DNA of 25,951 nt, taken from positions 1,736,001-1,761,951 of the forward strand of contig JADEYG010000001.1 of assembly GCA_016906335.1 (NCBI GenBank), read 5' to 3'. A program made the position numbers and the translations under genes. The notes beneath the pieces are model-generated. The model worked only from the letters and a program-made list of their open reading frames with translations, did not search any database and was not told where the DNA came from. This document shows, piece after piece, positions 1 to 9,346 of this stretch (the stretch's first letter is position 1; each line of letters begins with the position of its first letter). Origin of the DNA: Novakomyces olei. Taxonomy: Eukaryota.

Positions 1-2
1 AG

Positions 3-662
3 CTTCCACGTCTGGATGCCGTGGTCGAGAACGCGGGAATTGCACCAACAAAATACGACGTAGCTGAAGGCCATGAGCGTACTATCACAGTGAACGTGAT
101 TAGTACATTCCTGTTGGCTTTACTATTGATTCCTAAGCTTAAAGCGACAGCGTCTCAGTTCAATACTTTGCCACACTTGACAATTGTGTCTAGCGAAGTT
201 CATGGCTGGGCCAAATTCCCTGAGCGCTCGGCCAAGAACATTTTCGCTGCTCTTGACAATAGAGATGCAGATATGGGAGACCGGTATCAGTTGAGTAAAT
301 TGCTAGAAGTATTGGTTGTCCGGCAACTGACTCCCAAACTCGCCGGTACCGGAATTGTTTTGAACATGCTTAACCCTGGCTTATGCCACTCCCAACTCGC
401 ACGCGATTTCACCGGTGTCACTTTACATGTTTTAAAGTTTTTCTTGGCTCGGACAACTGAGGTTGGAAGCCGAACACTAGTTGCTGCCGCCTCGGCTGGG
501 CAAGAATCGAATGGGAAATACATGTGTGATAGCGTGGTTAAAGACGATAGTCTTTCAAACTTTGTTACTAGTGACGAAGGTAAAGACGTCTCCGTAAAGG
601 TGTGGGACGAATTGCTTGAAATCTTAGAAAAGATTCAGCCGGGGATCAGTGAGTCGTACTAG
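3..662 (+). CDS. Short-chain dehydrogenase/reductase (retinol-dehydrogenase-like), 5' end outside the window
   Basis: The frame is open from the window edge (LPRLDAVVENAG). It has the NAG motif, TIVSSE, catalytic YxxxK (YQLSK), NPG and the typical C-terminal 'RTTEVGSRTLV...GKY...KVWDE'. The N-terminal glycine-rich motif lies upstream of base 1. Confidence 0.9.
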   Translation, partial: LPRLDAVVENAGIAPTKYDVAEGHERTITVNVISTFLLALLLIPKLKATASQFNTLPHLTIVSSEVHGWAKFPERSAKNIFAALDNRDADMGDRYQLSKLLEVLVVRQLTPKLAGTGIVLNMLNPGLCHSQLARDFTGVTLHVLKFFLARTTEVGSRTLVAAASAGQESNGKYMCDSVVKDDSLSNFVTSDEGKDVSVKVWDELLEILEKIQPGISESY

Positions 663-905
663 ATATAAAGCTCGATGATTTATACATACATTCAGCGCTT
701 TTGAATGTTGTAATTAGAGCTGGGATTAGAGTACAAGATTGTTAGAGCCTTTCCTTATTATACATACGATAATTATGTTTGAAAAGACCTTTTTAGTAGA
801 AAAAAAAAATGTTGATATTGCCATTGCCAAAGTCAGTGTAACAGATACAATCATCGGCCTCTATCGATTATACTTTTCTTATTGTCTATTTTTGAACACG
901 TTTAC

Positions 906-2942
906 TTATAAGGACAAATTTGGCTGTGTGTTTATGACTCGGAGCAGTGTGCGCATGTGATGCTTGCCCCCTCGGTTTGCACGATTGTAAAAAGGCACAA
1001 AGCGTAAATCGAATTTAGACGACCAAGTTCGTGGCTGGGTGGAAAATGGCTTAACGTTATCGAGCCCGAAAATAGGATCAGGCTTGCTAGGTAGCAGACT
1101 CCGTCCGCCACCTATAGCTCTGATAAAAATTATTCCAGTTTCCTCATCACGCTCGGTCGCAAGCTCTGAAGCAATATCAAGACCCGTCAGCCGGTAATCT
1201 TGGTCAGCGTCATCAGTCGGATTATCAACGTCTTCGATGCAATACACGAGAGGCCCGTAAGCGATACCAACCACGTTTTGACCAGTTTCAGCAGGCGGGT
1301 AAATCAGTCGTGGTCGCAACTCTAGTTCAATCGTAATGCTGCCCTGGGCATTGGCAATTTGCAGATAGCCACCATCGGGTAAAAGCGTTGCTTGAGACTC
1401 GGCGTTATCTATCTCCACACAAAACTTGTTTCGAGCCCACAGTGGGATTCTCACCCGTAGCTCAACGACACAATTTTCAACTTGCTGCTCAACATTGATC
1501 TCAACACGGCCCGAGTAAGGGTAATCCGATATGATGGATACATGCGCCAGACGTGTCCGTATGTCCATACTCGCAAACGCGTGAATACGAACAATGCTAT
1601 CATTTTCCTTTGTGTCCCAAAAGTATCCGGAAATAATGGCAAGGGTGCGCAGTAAATTGGGCGGGCAGCAGGCACACATGAACCAGGAATGCCGTTCACA
1701 GGGCTCTCCAGGCCCAGAAGCAAGAGGATTACAATAGCTGAAAGCTTGGCCAGAGCAATCATAACTGCCCAGCACTGTATTGTACAAGGCAAGTTCCAGT
1801 ATATCTCCATACTCACAGTGCTCTTGAATTTGGAAAAGTCGCTGTGCCACCATCAGTACACCAATACTAGCACAAGTCTCGGCGTAACATCCTCCTTCTG
1901 CGTTAGACTGGGGTAGGTAATAATCGAGGTGAAATCCCTCCCATTTCGATATCGAGCCAATGCCGCCGGTAACATACATCTTCTTCCCCACCATATTTCC
2001 CCACAATCGGTCAAGTGCCGATTTGTACTTTGCAAACGATTTTGGTTCCAACCGAACCATATCAGCAACAGCGGCTAGCAAGTATACTGCACGAACGGAG
2101 TGGCCCTCCACCGATTCCTGATCGAGTATGGGCTTATGTGCCTGCATGTAGAAATAGCTGCGTGGGCCGGGAAATTGGGAGGGCAGTAAACGTTCATGGT
2201 CCCCTCGAGCTTTAGCTTCATAATCGTAAAAGTTCATGCCTTGTGCATCCGTCTGACCGCGCTCCGTAATAAAATATTCCGCTAATTGGAGCTGCGATTG
2301 GTCGTGTGTGACCTCGTACAAACGTAAAAGAGCCAGCTCGATTTCTGGGTGGCCAGGGTAAGCGTGCAACTGATTCGGCTCTGGTCCAATTATCCTCTTT
2401 ACCAGGTCGATGTATCGTAATACAGGGCTCATCAATTTGTCGTTCCCACACCATAATTTATGGGCAATCGCAGCTTCAATGAGATGGCCCAGGTTGTAAA
2501 GCTCGTGCAAGTCACGGAAATTTGTCCAGCGCTCTTTTGGAGCGACTACAGTAAAATGGATGCTTATATAGCCATCAGCCTGCGGGGCTCTACCGATCAT
2601 GCCTACCAGCTCATTGACCGCGTCCACAATATCCTCATCGGCCGCGCTTGTGTCGGAATCGTCCCGCAGAAAGTAGCATGCTGCCTCTACCCACTTGGCC
2701 ACGTCAGAATCCCAAAAAAGATGCTTAGGGTTCGGTGGGTAAACCATAGGTTCGGCATAGTAATCGTTCCACTGCAAATTAAAAGCATCGTACCGGCCCG
2801 TGTCCCGTAAAGCCTTCAGCTGAACACGTAGCATTTTACACTGAGCCATGTCTCGCTGCTTCCACCAAAAGGAGCCGGGACGAAAATGTGCATTGACATA
2901 ATTGACCTGAGCATAATTTGGTGAAGCATTGTGTACTGTCAT
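906..2942 (-). CDS. GH127 (DUF1680) beta-L-arabinofuranosidase-like glycoside hydrolase, 678 aa, intronless, no signal peptide
   Basis: Family motifs FWDSDVAKWVEA, HELYNLGHLIEA, GHPEIELAL, GHSVRAVYL, YVTGGIGS..WEGF, YAETCASIG and CACCPPN. The last two match the Glu/Cys zinc-ligand motifs of Bifidobacterium HypBA1. The N-terminus is not hydrophobic. Confidence 0.92.
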   Translation of the reverse strand: MTVHNASPNYAQVNYVNAHFRPGSFWWKQRDMAQCKMLRVQLKALRDTGRYDAFNLQWNDYYAEPMVYPPNPKHLFWDSDVAKWVEAACYFLRDDSDTSAADEDIVDAVNELVGMIGRAPQADGYISIHFTVVAPKERWTNFRDLHELYNLGHLIEAAIAHKLWCGNDKLMSPVLRYIDLVKRIIGPEPNQLHAYPGHPEIELALLRLYEVTHDQSQLQLAEYFITERGQTDAQGMNFYDYEAKARGDHERLLPSQFPGPRSYFYMQAHKPILDQESVEGHSVRAVYLLAAVADMVRLEPKSFAKYKSALDRLWGNMVGKKMYVTGGIGSISKWEGFHLDYYLPQSNAEGGCYAETCASIGVLMVAQRLFQIQEHCEYGDILELALYNTVLGSYDCSGQAFSYCNPLASGPGEPCERHSWFMCACCPPNLLRTLAIISGYFWDTKENDSIVRIHAFASMDIRTRLAHVSIISDYPYSGRVEINVEQQVENCVVELRVRIPLWARNKFCVEIDNAESQATLLPDGGYLQIANAQGSITIELELRPRLIYPPAETGQNVVGIAYGPLVYCIEDVDNPTDDADQDYRLTGLDIASELATERDEETGIIFIRAIGGGRSLLPSKPDPIFGLDNVKPFSTQPRTWSSKFDLRFVPFYNRANRGGKHHMRTLLRVINTQPNLSL

Positions 2943-3192
2943 GATCGAACTCGAATGTGTTATATCATGTTTTGGAGAGAGGTACTTGTGACACGGCCGT
3001 TAAAGACAAAGACAAATTGCCAATATTTCTGTCAAGTGCTCACATCAGACAAGACAGGGTTTGGCAGATTTCACAGAAAGAGATGTGTAATTTTTATTCA
3101 AACTCCATTGCGCTTTTTAATTCGACTCCGCGCCGAACTTGGTGGTACCCAAAGCGTGTTAGGACCACATATTTGTTCTTTTTGCGGTTAAG

Positions 3193-3393
3193 GATAAAGG
3201 CTTATCGGACAATATTACCACTAATCACAGTCAGCTTTCCTAATAGGGTTGGGATAGCAAAATAGCCGATTCGCTTATTCGCTCACTGATAAGATAAAGC
3301 GCTTTGCCCGGAATATTGCGTAGCAAGAAATTATCATACGTGGGGTTCACACGCGGGAAATTCTTGTCCAAATAGAGTATTGTAATTGATAAG
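3193..3393. promoter_or_regulatory. Cluster of GATA-factor sites in the divergent GH127/permease promoter
   Basis: Six GATAA/TTATC cores in 200 bp (3193, 3201 CTTATC, 3288 GATAAG, 3293, 3331, 3388 GATAAG). There is also a GTGGGG CreA/Mig1-type site at 3340 and TATAAA at 3482. Function is inferred from the known AreA/Gln3 site consensus. Confidence 0.6.
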
Positions 3394-3633
3394 CAATAGC
3401 GGAACTTAATTCTGCGAATGGGCGACCTGCGTCATTGAGGCTATCTAGTTTTAGGCGGCTAGTAAATATATGACAGGGGTTTATAAATTGGCAGTGTCTT
3501 CACTTTTCGTCTAGCACGCCTTTACAATCAAACTCCAAGCTCAATTCATACCCTATAATTGCACTTGTGCCGCTGCCTAAAAGACGCGTGTGTGTTGGTA
3601 CTCTGTGTATATTCTTGTTTGCTACAATTGGTC

Positions 3634-5259
3634 ATGAGCCAGAGCAGTAATGAGAAAAAGTCCCCTGACGTCCTTCGACAGGACAGTCCGGGTGCGCTGG
3701 AAGAAGTCGGTTACACTGAGATTGTTCCTGATAACGAGCATGGTCTGGCACGGACACTAACGGCGGGCAACCTGGTCATGATAAGCATCGGCTCCAGTAT
3801 TGGCATGGGCCTATGGCTGGGTGCTGGCACTTCGCTGCATAATGGAGGCCCTGCTGGTATCTTTATTGGCTACTGTATTGCTTCGTCTATCGCCTGGACA
3901 CTGAACCAAGCAATTGGTGAAATTGCAATCATGTACCCTTTGCCTTCGCCATTTGCACAATGGTGCTGCAAGTTTCTGGACCCCGCGGTGGCCACAACTT
4001 TGGGATTTTGCTATTGGTTTTCGTTTTCAATTACACTGGCCAATGAGTTACAGGGCTGTGCTACGGTCATGTCCTTTTGGACGGACAGAGTGCCGACTGC
4101 CGGCTGGCTCTCAATATTTCTGGTAGTTATGATTCTGTTTAACAGTTTTGGGGTCAGACTGTTTGGCGCGACGGAAATTGTCATGAGTTCTATTAAATTC
4201 CTCTGGATTTTTGTTGTTATCATTGCCTGTATTGTTGTGTCTGCGCGCGACAATATTGGCTTTCGGTTCTGGAACCAGGACCCTTTCCCCAATGGATTTA
4301 AAGGATTTCTTTCCGTTATGTCTACCTGTATTTTCGCCATGGGTGGCAGTGAAATTACGGGTATTGCAGCCTCAGAGGCTCGGAATCCTTTACGCGCAGT
4401 GCCACCCGCGGTAAATTCCGTCTGGATTCGATTGGGTCTTTTCTACATACTTGGTGCTCTAATGGTCTCCATAACTGTCTCCCCCAACGACTCTAACTTG
4501 TTTGGCGGCTCTGGAATCAATGCCTCGCCGTTCGTTATAGCCTTTAGAAATGGTGGAATACCTGGTCTAGCCCATGCAATGAATGCCATTATCCTGATCA
4601 GTGTGATATCCTCCGGTTCTGCGCAGGCTTATGGAGGTTCCAGGCAGCTCATTGGATTAGCTAAACTCGGACTAGCTCCAAAAATCTTTGGATATACGGA
4701 CAGAAAGGGTCGACCCTGGACAGGGATGCTGAGTGTGTTTATCCTGGGCGGAGGACTTTGCTACCTCAATGTCTCGGAAAGTGGCAGTAATGTTTTTACA
4801 TGGTTCAGTAACTTGACATCACTGTGTACCCTGTTTGTCTGGTCCATGATCTTTTTGTGTCATATCCGTTTCCGCTGGGCCTGGCACAAGCAAAAACACA
4901 GCGCTCAAGAGCTTCCTTGGAAAACTTGGACCTGGCCTCTTGGGTCCTTTTATGGACTAGGCTGGTGCATTCTCCTAGTAGTTATCGAGTTTTATTTGGC
5001 TGTCTGGCCACTTGGCGAAGCCTCCTCGGCTCGCAATTTTTTTGCCAATTATGTTTCTATTGTGGCGATGCTGGTAGTTTACATTGGCGCAAAAATCTAT
5101 TACCGTGGACCTTTTTACGTGAAGGCTAGTCGAGCAAACCTCGAGGCCGGAAGACGGATTTATACGGCAGATGAAAGCAAAGTATCGTCTTTTTCATTTT
5201 CCATGCGTGGAGTTGCAAAAGGCGTGACGGATTACATATTAGGTGAATCCCGAATTTAA
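3634..5259 (+). CDS. Amino-acid permease (APC superfamily, YAT family), ~541 aa
   Basis: LARTLTAGNLVMISIGSSIGMGLWLGAG..L..GGP, FAMGGSEI.GIAASEA.NP, SPFVIA and about 12 hydrophobic segments. The start is placed at the first in-frame ATG (3634, MSQSSNEKK) rather than the TTG at 3559. Confidence 0.93.
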   Translation: MSQSSNEKKSPDVLRQDSPGALEEVGYTEIVPDNEHGLARTLTAGNLVMISIGSSIGMGLWLGAGTSLHNGGPAGIFIGYCIASSIAWTLNQAIGEIAIMYPLPSPFAQWCCKFLDPAVATTLGFCYWFSFSITLANELQGCATVMSFWTDRVPTAGWLSIFLVVMILFNSFGVRLFGATEIVMSSIKFLWIFVVIIACIVVSARDNIGFRFWNQDPFPNGFKGFLSVMSTCIFAMGGSEITGIAASEARNPLRAVPPAVNSVWIRLGLFYILGALMVSITVSPNDSNLFGGSGINASPFVIAFRNGGIPGLAHAMNAIILISVISSGSAQAYGGSRQLIGLAKLGLAPKIFGYTDRKGRPWTGMLSVFILGGGLCYLNVSESGSNVFTWFSNLTSLCTLFVWSMIFLCHIRFRWAWHKQKHSAQELPWKTWTWPLGSFYGLGWCILLVVIEFYLAVWPLGEASSARNFFANYVSIVAMLVVYIGAKIYYRGPFYVKASRANLEAGRRIYTADESKVSSFSFSMRGVAKGVTDYILGESRI

Positions 5260-5802
5260 TACTTGGACAATCATTAATCTTGAAAATACGCAAGAGCATT
5301 TTAACTGGGGCACTGCTAAATTTTCTTTTTTTTGGTATTTGATTATTGCTGTTCTTTGGCGAAGTCAAATAGCTGTCTCTGAATTCATCATAAGTACATT
5401 GAACGAGAAGTATGTTCGTCGTTTCCTGTGATTTAGATTGTATTTGCAATAATTAAAGCCCATGAGGTCATGAATTATTTTGTTTTTTTTTTTTTTACTT
5501 CTGTGCGTGGGATTGAAAAACTTTTGTTAAAACGTTAGTATAGTTTAGAGTTATACCAATAATTTATTATAATTTCTCGTGTAGATGGAATATACGATTT
5601 TTGTAAAGAAGCAGGCTGAAATGACTGACTATTATCTTTCGGCTGCTCTCGGCACTTTAGAGCAGCACGATAAGGCAATGATACAAGACACCTTTAGTTA
5701 GCATGTCGATTCCAATCAGGCCTTTCACGCCTATCAGTTGGATCCATAATATAATATAACGCGCAAACGTCTTTGCAAGATTGATTTGGTAGGTACTTTC
5801 GA

Positions 5803-6257
5803 CTATTTTTGTTCAACGTCCAAATATCTCGACTCCTTTCCAATGTACTTGTCAATCGCTTTGAGAACACCATGTACACAGTATTCTCCGTCGTCTACCC
5901 ATATACGAAAATCATTTTTATCGAAATTAAATGCAAAATTTTACCAAGCGTCCGGAACATTGTGACATTGTATGTGTCGATATTAGAGGTGCCCTGGCTA
6001 TACGAATTATGCGCTTGAAATGCGCCAGTAATACGATGGACTGCTCTGAAATACTTTCTACTTAAACAAAGACCTTCAAGCAATGAGACGACATGCCCTT
6101 CTATTACAGCGATTCGCTCATTGCTAGAACAGACAGACACTAACTGTATCTTGACGTTTAACGCGAGCAGATTTTGAATTGTAAACTTGACCAACAGAAA
6201 AAAAAAAAACATTATTTTGTAAGCAGTAAGTAGAGCCTTAATATGATTTGCAATCAA
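5803..6257 (-). pseudogene. Possible spliced orphan gene or gene remnant
   Basis: A candidate 50-nt GT..TAG intron (5944-5895) joins ...NVTMFRTL to DDGEYCVHGVLKAIDKYIGKESRYLDVEQK* in frame. No domain is recognisable and the start is unclear. Confidence 0.25.
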
Positions 6258-6447
6258 AGAGCTCCTTGGATCATTTTATCGGTTGCCAAATATAGATGTG
6301 CCCGCGGGGAAGTTGGCTTCGCCGTCAATAAATCATTTTGTTCAAAGCACGGTATTCCACGCTGGGACAAATTCCTCATTAAAAACGTGATTTAGTATCG
6401 ACCCAACATGGATAGTATCACTCGGCTAGCATTCCCTTTCCGTCGAG

Positions 6448-6461
6448 AGGGTTAGGGTTAG
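6448..6461 (+). repeat. Short interstitial telomere-like tract AGGGTTAGGGTTAG
   Basis: Read directly from the sequence; about two TTAGGG units. Confidence 0.55.
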
Positions 6462-6705
6462 ATGTAGGTTCAGGGATATAATTGGGCAATTCTTCCCGAA
6501 ATCATGGATTAATCATTGATGTGGTGAGCATTGAAACAAGTAATCGTATAGCGTTCAATTCCCCCACCCTCGACATGTTTGGGTTGGTTATATTATTTGT
6601 AGAAGAGCGCTTCGCTGCTATTTTAAACTTTGCCCGTTTTGCGTGCAAATGCCAACTTTGCCGTAATTAAAACGCAGCGCTCGCTCTAATCGCTTCCATC
6701 GGTTT

Positions 6706-6848
6706 GCTATAGCTTCGTCCTTTTGTCTAAGCTTCGTCCGTTTGGCTATAGCTTCGTCTTTTAGCTATAACTTTGTCTTATTTAAAGCTTCGTCTTTTAT
6801 CTAAAGCTTCGTCTTTTAGATAAAGCTTCGTCTTTTAGCTAAAGCTTT
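6706..6848 (+). repeat. Tandem minisatellite, ~19-bp unit (approx. AGCTAAAGCTTCGTCTTTT), 7-8 copies, just upstream of the secreted-protein gene
   Basis: Exact GCTTCGTC cores at 6712, 6731, 6751, 6787, 6806 and 6825, plus degenerate copies near 6770 and 6844. Confidence 0.9.
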
Positions 6849-6891
6849 CGATTAAATCAAGAGGCAGTATAAGTACGGCGCAACAGCAGTT

Positions 6892-7779
6892 ATGATTTCA
6901 GTCGCGTTTAGTATAGTGTTTACCCTTTGCGCGGTGCTGCTGCCTGCGCAGCTGCAGCCCGCGGCAGCCTTCCCGCTAACGCGCCGCAGCACCGGGTGCC
7001 ATCTGCAGGGTTTTGGCGATGGCCTTCCTTTTTACATTATTGACGGGTACCTGTCGGAGCCGGGAGGCCGCTACTGCTCCGTCACGGACTACCACCAAGT
7101 CCAGTGTGACCCGGGCAACCCTCGTGCAGCGTGGGATGACAAGTTTGGTGTTAGCAATGGGTATCTTACCCACGATGGCATTCAAGATTTTTGGACGTGT
7201 GAGGGAGGTTCGCTCTACACTTTTCAGGTACAGCCGTCGTGCACGCGTACACAGATTCCTGTTTCGTGCGACCATCCGACACTGTCGCCCCCGCCCTCGC
7301 CGCCGAGCTCTACGTGTGACACGTCGGGAGGAAAGCCGACGATTTTACCGAGCGTCTACGTCACCGTGTCAAGCGAGCTCCCCAATGAGTCGTTCGACTT
7401 TGGAAATGGCGGCGAAGTGTGGGGCGAGCGCGGCTTCCAGTTGGTGCTCCAGTTTGACGTTCCTTTTGGCACGAACGGAAACTGCGTCCTCAAGGGACTG
7501 TTTCCCTCTAGTGGAAGCTATAGTCTGACGTCTGCGGATATTATCGTTCAGGATCTCGTCGCCAGCGTCGGCGCTGGCAGTACTTACTCCTCTCTTCCTG
7601 CCCAGGGCGCTTACTATGGGAGCATGTCCGTCACTGACAATAGTTTCCCGGTATCACGGCCGTTTAGCTGCAACGCGGGTGGACAAAAGAACATCATGCT
7701 GTCTTGCAAGCTGGGTAGCTGCTATCTTGATTTCACCGAAAGCAGCACCGTTGGATTTGTCTTGGTTGGATCCTGCTAG
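6892..7779 (+). CDS. Secreted Cys-rich protein, likely a PIR-like domain + Pro/Ser linker + But2-like C-terminal domain
   Basis: Hydrophobic signal peptide followed by a dibasic TRR (Kex2-like) site. 'GRYCSVTDYHQVQCD...GYLTHDGIQDFWTC' resembles the PIR C-terminal fold. After the PPPSPPSS linker, 'PSVYVTVSSELP...LQFDVP...CVLKGLFP' resembles But2. GC-rich coding composition. The domain names are less certain than the CDS. Confidence 0.8.
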   Translation: MISVAFSIVFTLCAVLLPAQLQPAAAFPLTRRSTGCHLQGFGDGLPFYIIDGYLSEPGGRYCSVTDYHQVQCDPGNPRAAWDDKFGVSNGYLTHDGIQDFWTCEGGSLYTFQVQPSCTRTQIPVSCDHPTLSPPPSPPSSTCDTSGGKPTILPSVYVTVSSELPNESFDFGNGGEVWGERGFQLVLQFDVPFGTNGNCVLKGLFPSSGSYSLTSADIIVQDLVASVGAGSTYSSLPAQGAYYGSMSVTDNSFPVSRPFSCNAGGQKNIMLSCKLGSCYLDFTESSTVGFVLVGSC

Positions 7780-8414
7780 CAGCGTCGACTGCCAGGGTGT
7801 CTACCCAAAGTTTCGTTTCTGGGTTACGAGTATACCGTGGTACATACACCGTTGGCCGAAAAGTAGTGCAGATTAATTGGACGATTGCGAAAAATTCGAC
7901 GATTGTAAATAATTGAAACATTAAATAACTGGAAAATTCAATAATTTAAATTGGGTAAACATATAGCAAATGCCTAGATATTTTCACTGATAAACCAGTG
8001 ATTGTGCAAAAGCATTGAATTCTTCTACCGCTGCAGCTTTTTTCTACTTCCTAACGACGCAACCTTGTTTCTCTCAGGAGCACTCTCACCTGTCTTTTTC
8101 ATCTGACACGCATTACAATTCCCGCTGTCAGCTCTTACTTCCAGACTCCTTATTCTTCCAATCTCATGAGAATAGACCATAAGCATTTTAATGCCTGAAA
8201 GTCAGTCTGTATGACGCAGTTGGGGGATTCCGCTTGATGCATCAGCGACAGAAGCTGGTATCAAATATATATAAACTACTATTATTAGTTATATTTATTA
8301 ATTATATTTACTAATTATATTTGTAGAATTAAACAGTGGATAATAAAGTAATTATTAATTTACTATTGAGACAGATTGTTATATTTAGGTAGCCTATTCG
8401 AAGCAGGTTTACCA

Positions 8415-8450
8415 AACTAACCCTATCAAACCCTAATAAACCCTAAACCT
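8415..8450 (+). repeat. Degenerate C-strand telomere-like array with 10-bp period, upstream of HNH gene 1
   Basis: AACTAA CCCTATCAAA CCCTAATAAA CCCTAAACCT, compared with the telomere complement CCCTAACTAA. TATAAA follows at 8453. Confidence 0.65.
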
Positions 8451-8515
8451 AGTATAAATTTGGGTTCCATTATAGCAACAATAATATTTGAAACGTACAG
8501 GGTTTGAACCAAAGC

Positions 8516-9346
8516 ATGGCGGCGCATAGTCTGGACTACACGACGAGTGCAATGAAATGGGGCCCTCCGATAGCGAGAGTGGTTGACTCGGAAGGCGTCC
8601 AGTTCGTGACTGTTCCTTTGAGCTTGGTGGAGAAGGCGGGCAGCGAGGGGGTCAAGACAGTGCAGTACTTGACGTATGTGGTAGAATGCGCGATTGAGAA
8701 CGATGCAAGGGATATTGAACTGCAAAGGAAGGGCGAGATTTGCGCGGCCACCGACCAATTGCTTTTGGGAGATTATGTACTGACCCATCCAACTGCGGAC
8801 AAAGTCAGGTTTCGTCGCGGTCCACAGGGCAAATCATTGTCGCGAAACTTTACTCCCTCAGGTTCGCAGTCTACTGTGAGCCGATCGTCTCGGAGCTCCG
8901 CTCGGCAAACCGATTTCCGCGTCGACACGCTCAGCCGCGATTCTGGTTCTTGCTTGCTAACAAACGAGCGCAATCGCTCCATGCTTGTTGCATGCCACAT
9001 CGTGCCGTACAGTCTTGGACAGTCCTTTCTCGACCAAGTCACAAACTTGGCCAACACTGGCCTACAGATTGGGCTATACGACCTTCGTAACGGCCTTACA
9101 CTGAACAGGGGCCTACATTATGTTTTTGATCGCTACGAAATTGGCATCTGGACGGAAAACGGGCAATATTATGTACATTCTTTTCTTGGCGATGAAAGAT
9201 TTCACGGCAAACAAATATACTGGCCCTCTTTTGTACCCGAAAGTGAGAAGCCTTTACCGATATTACTGCAATGGCACTATCGACAATGTGTTCTGGCGCG
9301 GTATCGAGGGTTCAAGGTGTCGATGATTTCATACGACACTCACTAG
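8516..9346 (+). CDS. HNH endonuclease-domain protein (fungal HNH_2 type), paralog 1
   Basis: FR....RD..C.LT, ACHIVP, NGL.L...LH..FD and C-terminal LLQWHYRQC motifs. The first ATG is at 8516 (the ORF track starts at TTG 8504). It is clearly homologous to 17654..18448. Confidence 0.85.
   Translation: MAAHSLDYTTSAMKWGPPIARVVDSEGVQFVTVPLSLVEKAGSEGVKTVQYLTYVVECAIENDARDIELQRKGEICAATDQLLLGDYVLTHPTADKVRFRRGPQGKSLSRNFTPSGSQSTVSRSSRSSARQTDFRVDTLSRDSGSCLLTNERNRSMLVACHIVPYSLGQSFLDQVTNLANTGLQIGLYDLRNGLTLNRGLHYVFDRYEIGIWTENGQYYVHSFLGDERFHGKQIYWPSFVPESEKPLPILLQWHYRQCVLARYRGFKVSMISYDTH

Noticed and set aside
3559-3633. N-terminal extensions from TTG/GTG starts in the ORF track (also 8504, 10547, 12944, 23702, 23953)
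   Set aside because: These are eukaryotic genes; downstream ATGs or splicing give family-typical N-termini.
6706-6848. Repeat array as a CRISPR
   Set aside because: The units are contiguous with no unique spacers, the context is eukaryotic, and there are no cas genes.
7013-7528. Overlapping or antisense ORFs inside the real genes (here and throughout the ORF track)
   Set aside because: They are shadow frames of well-supported CDSs with no family motifs.
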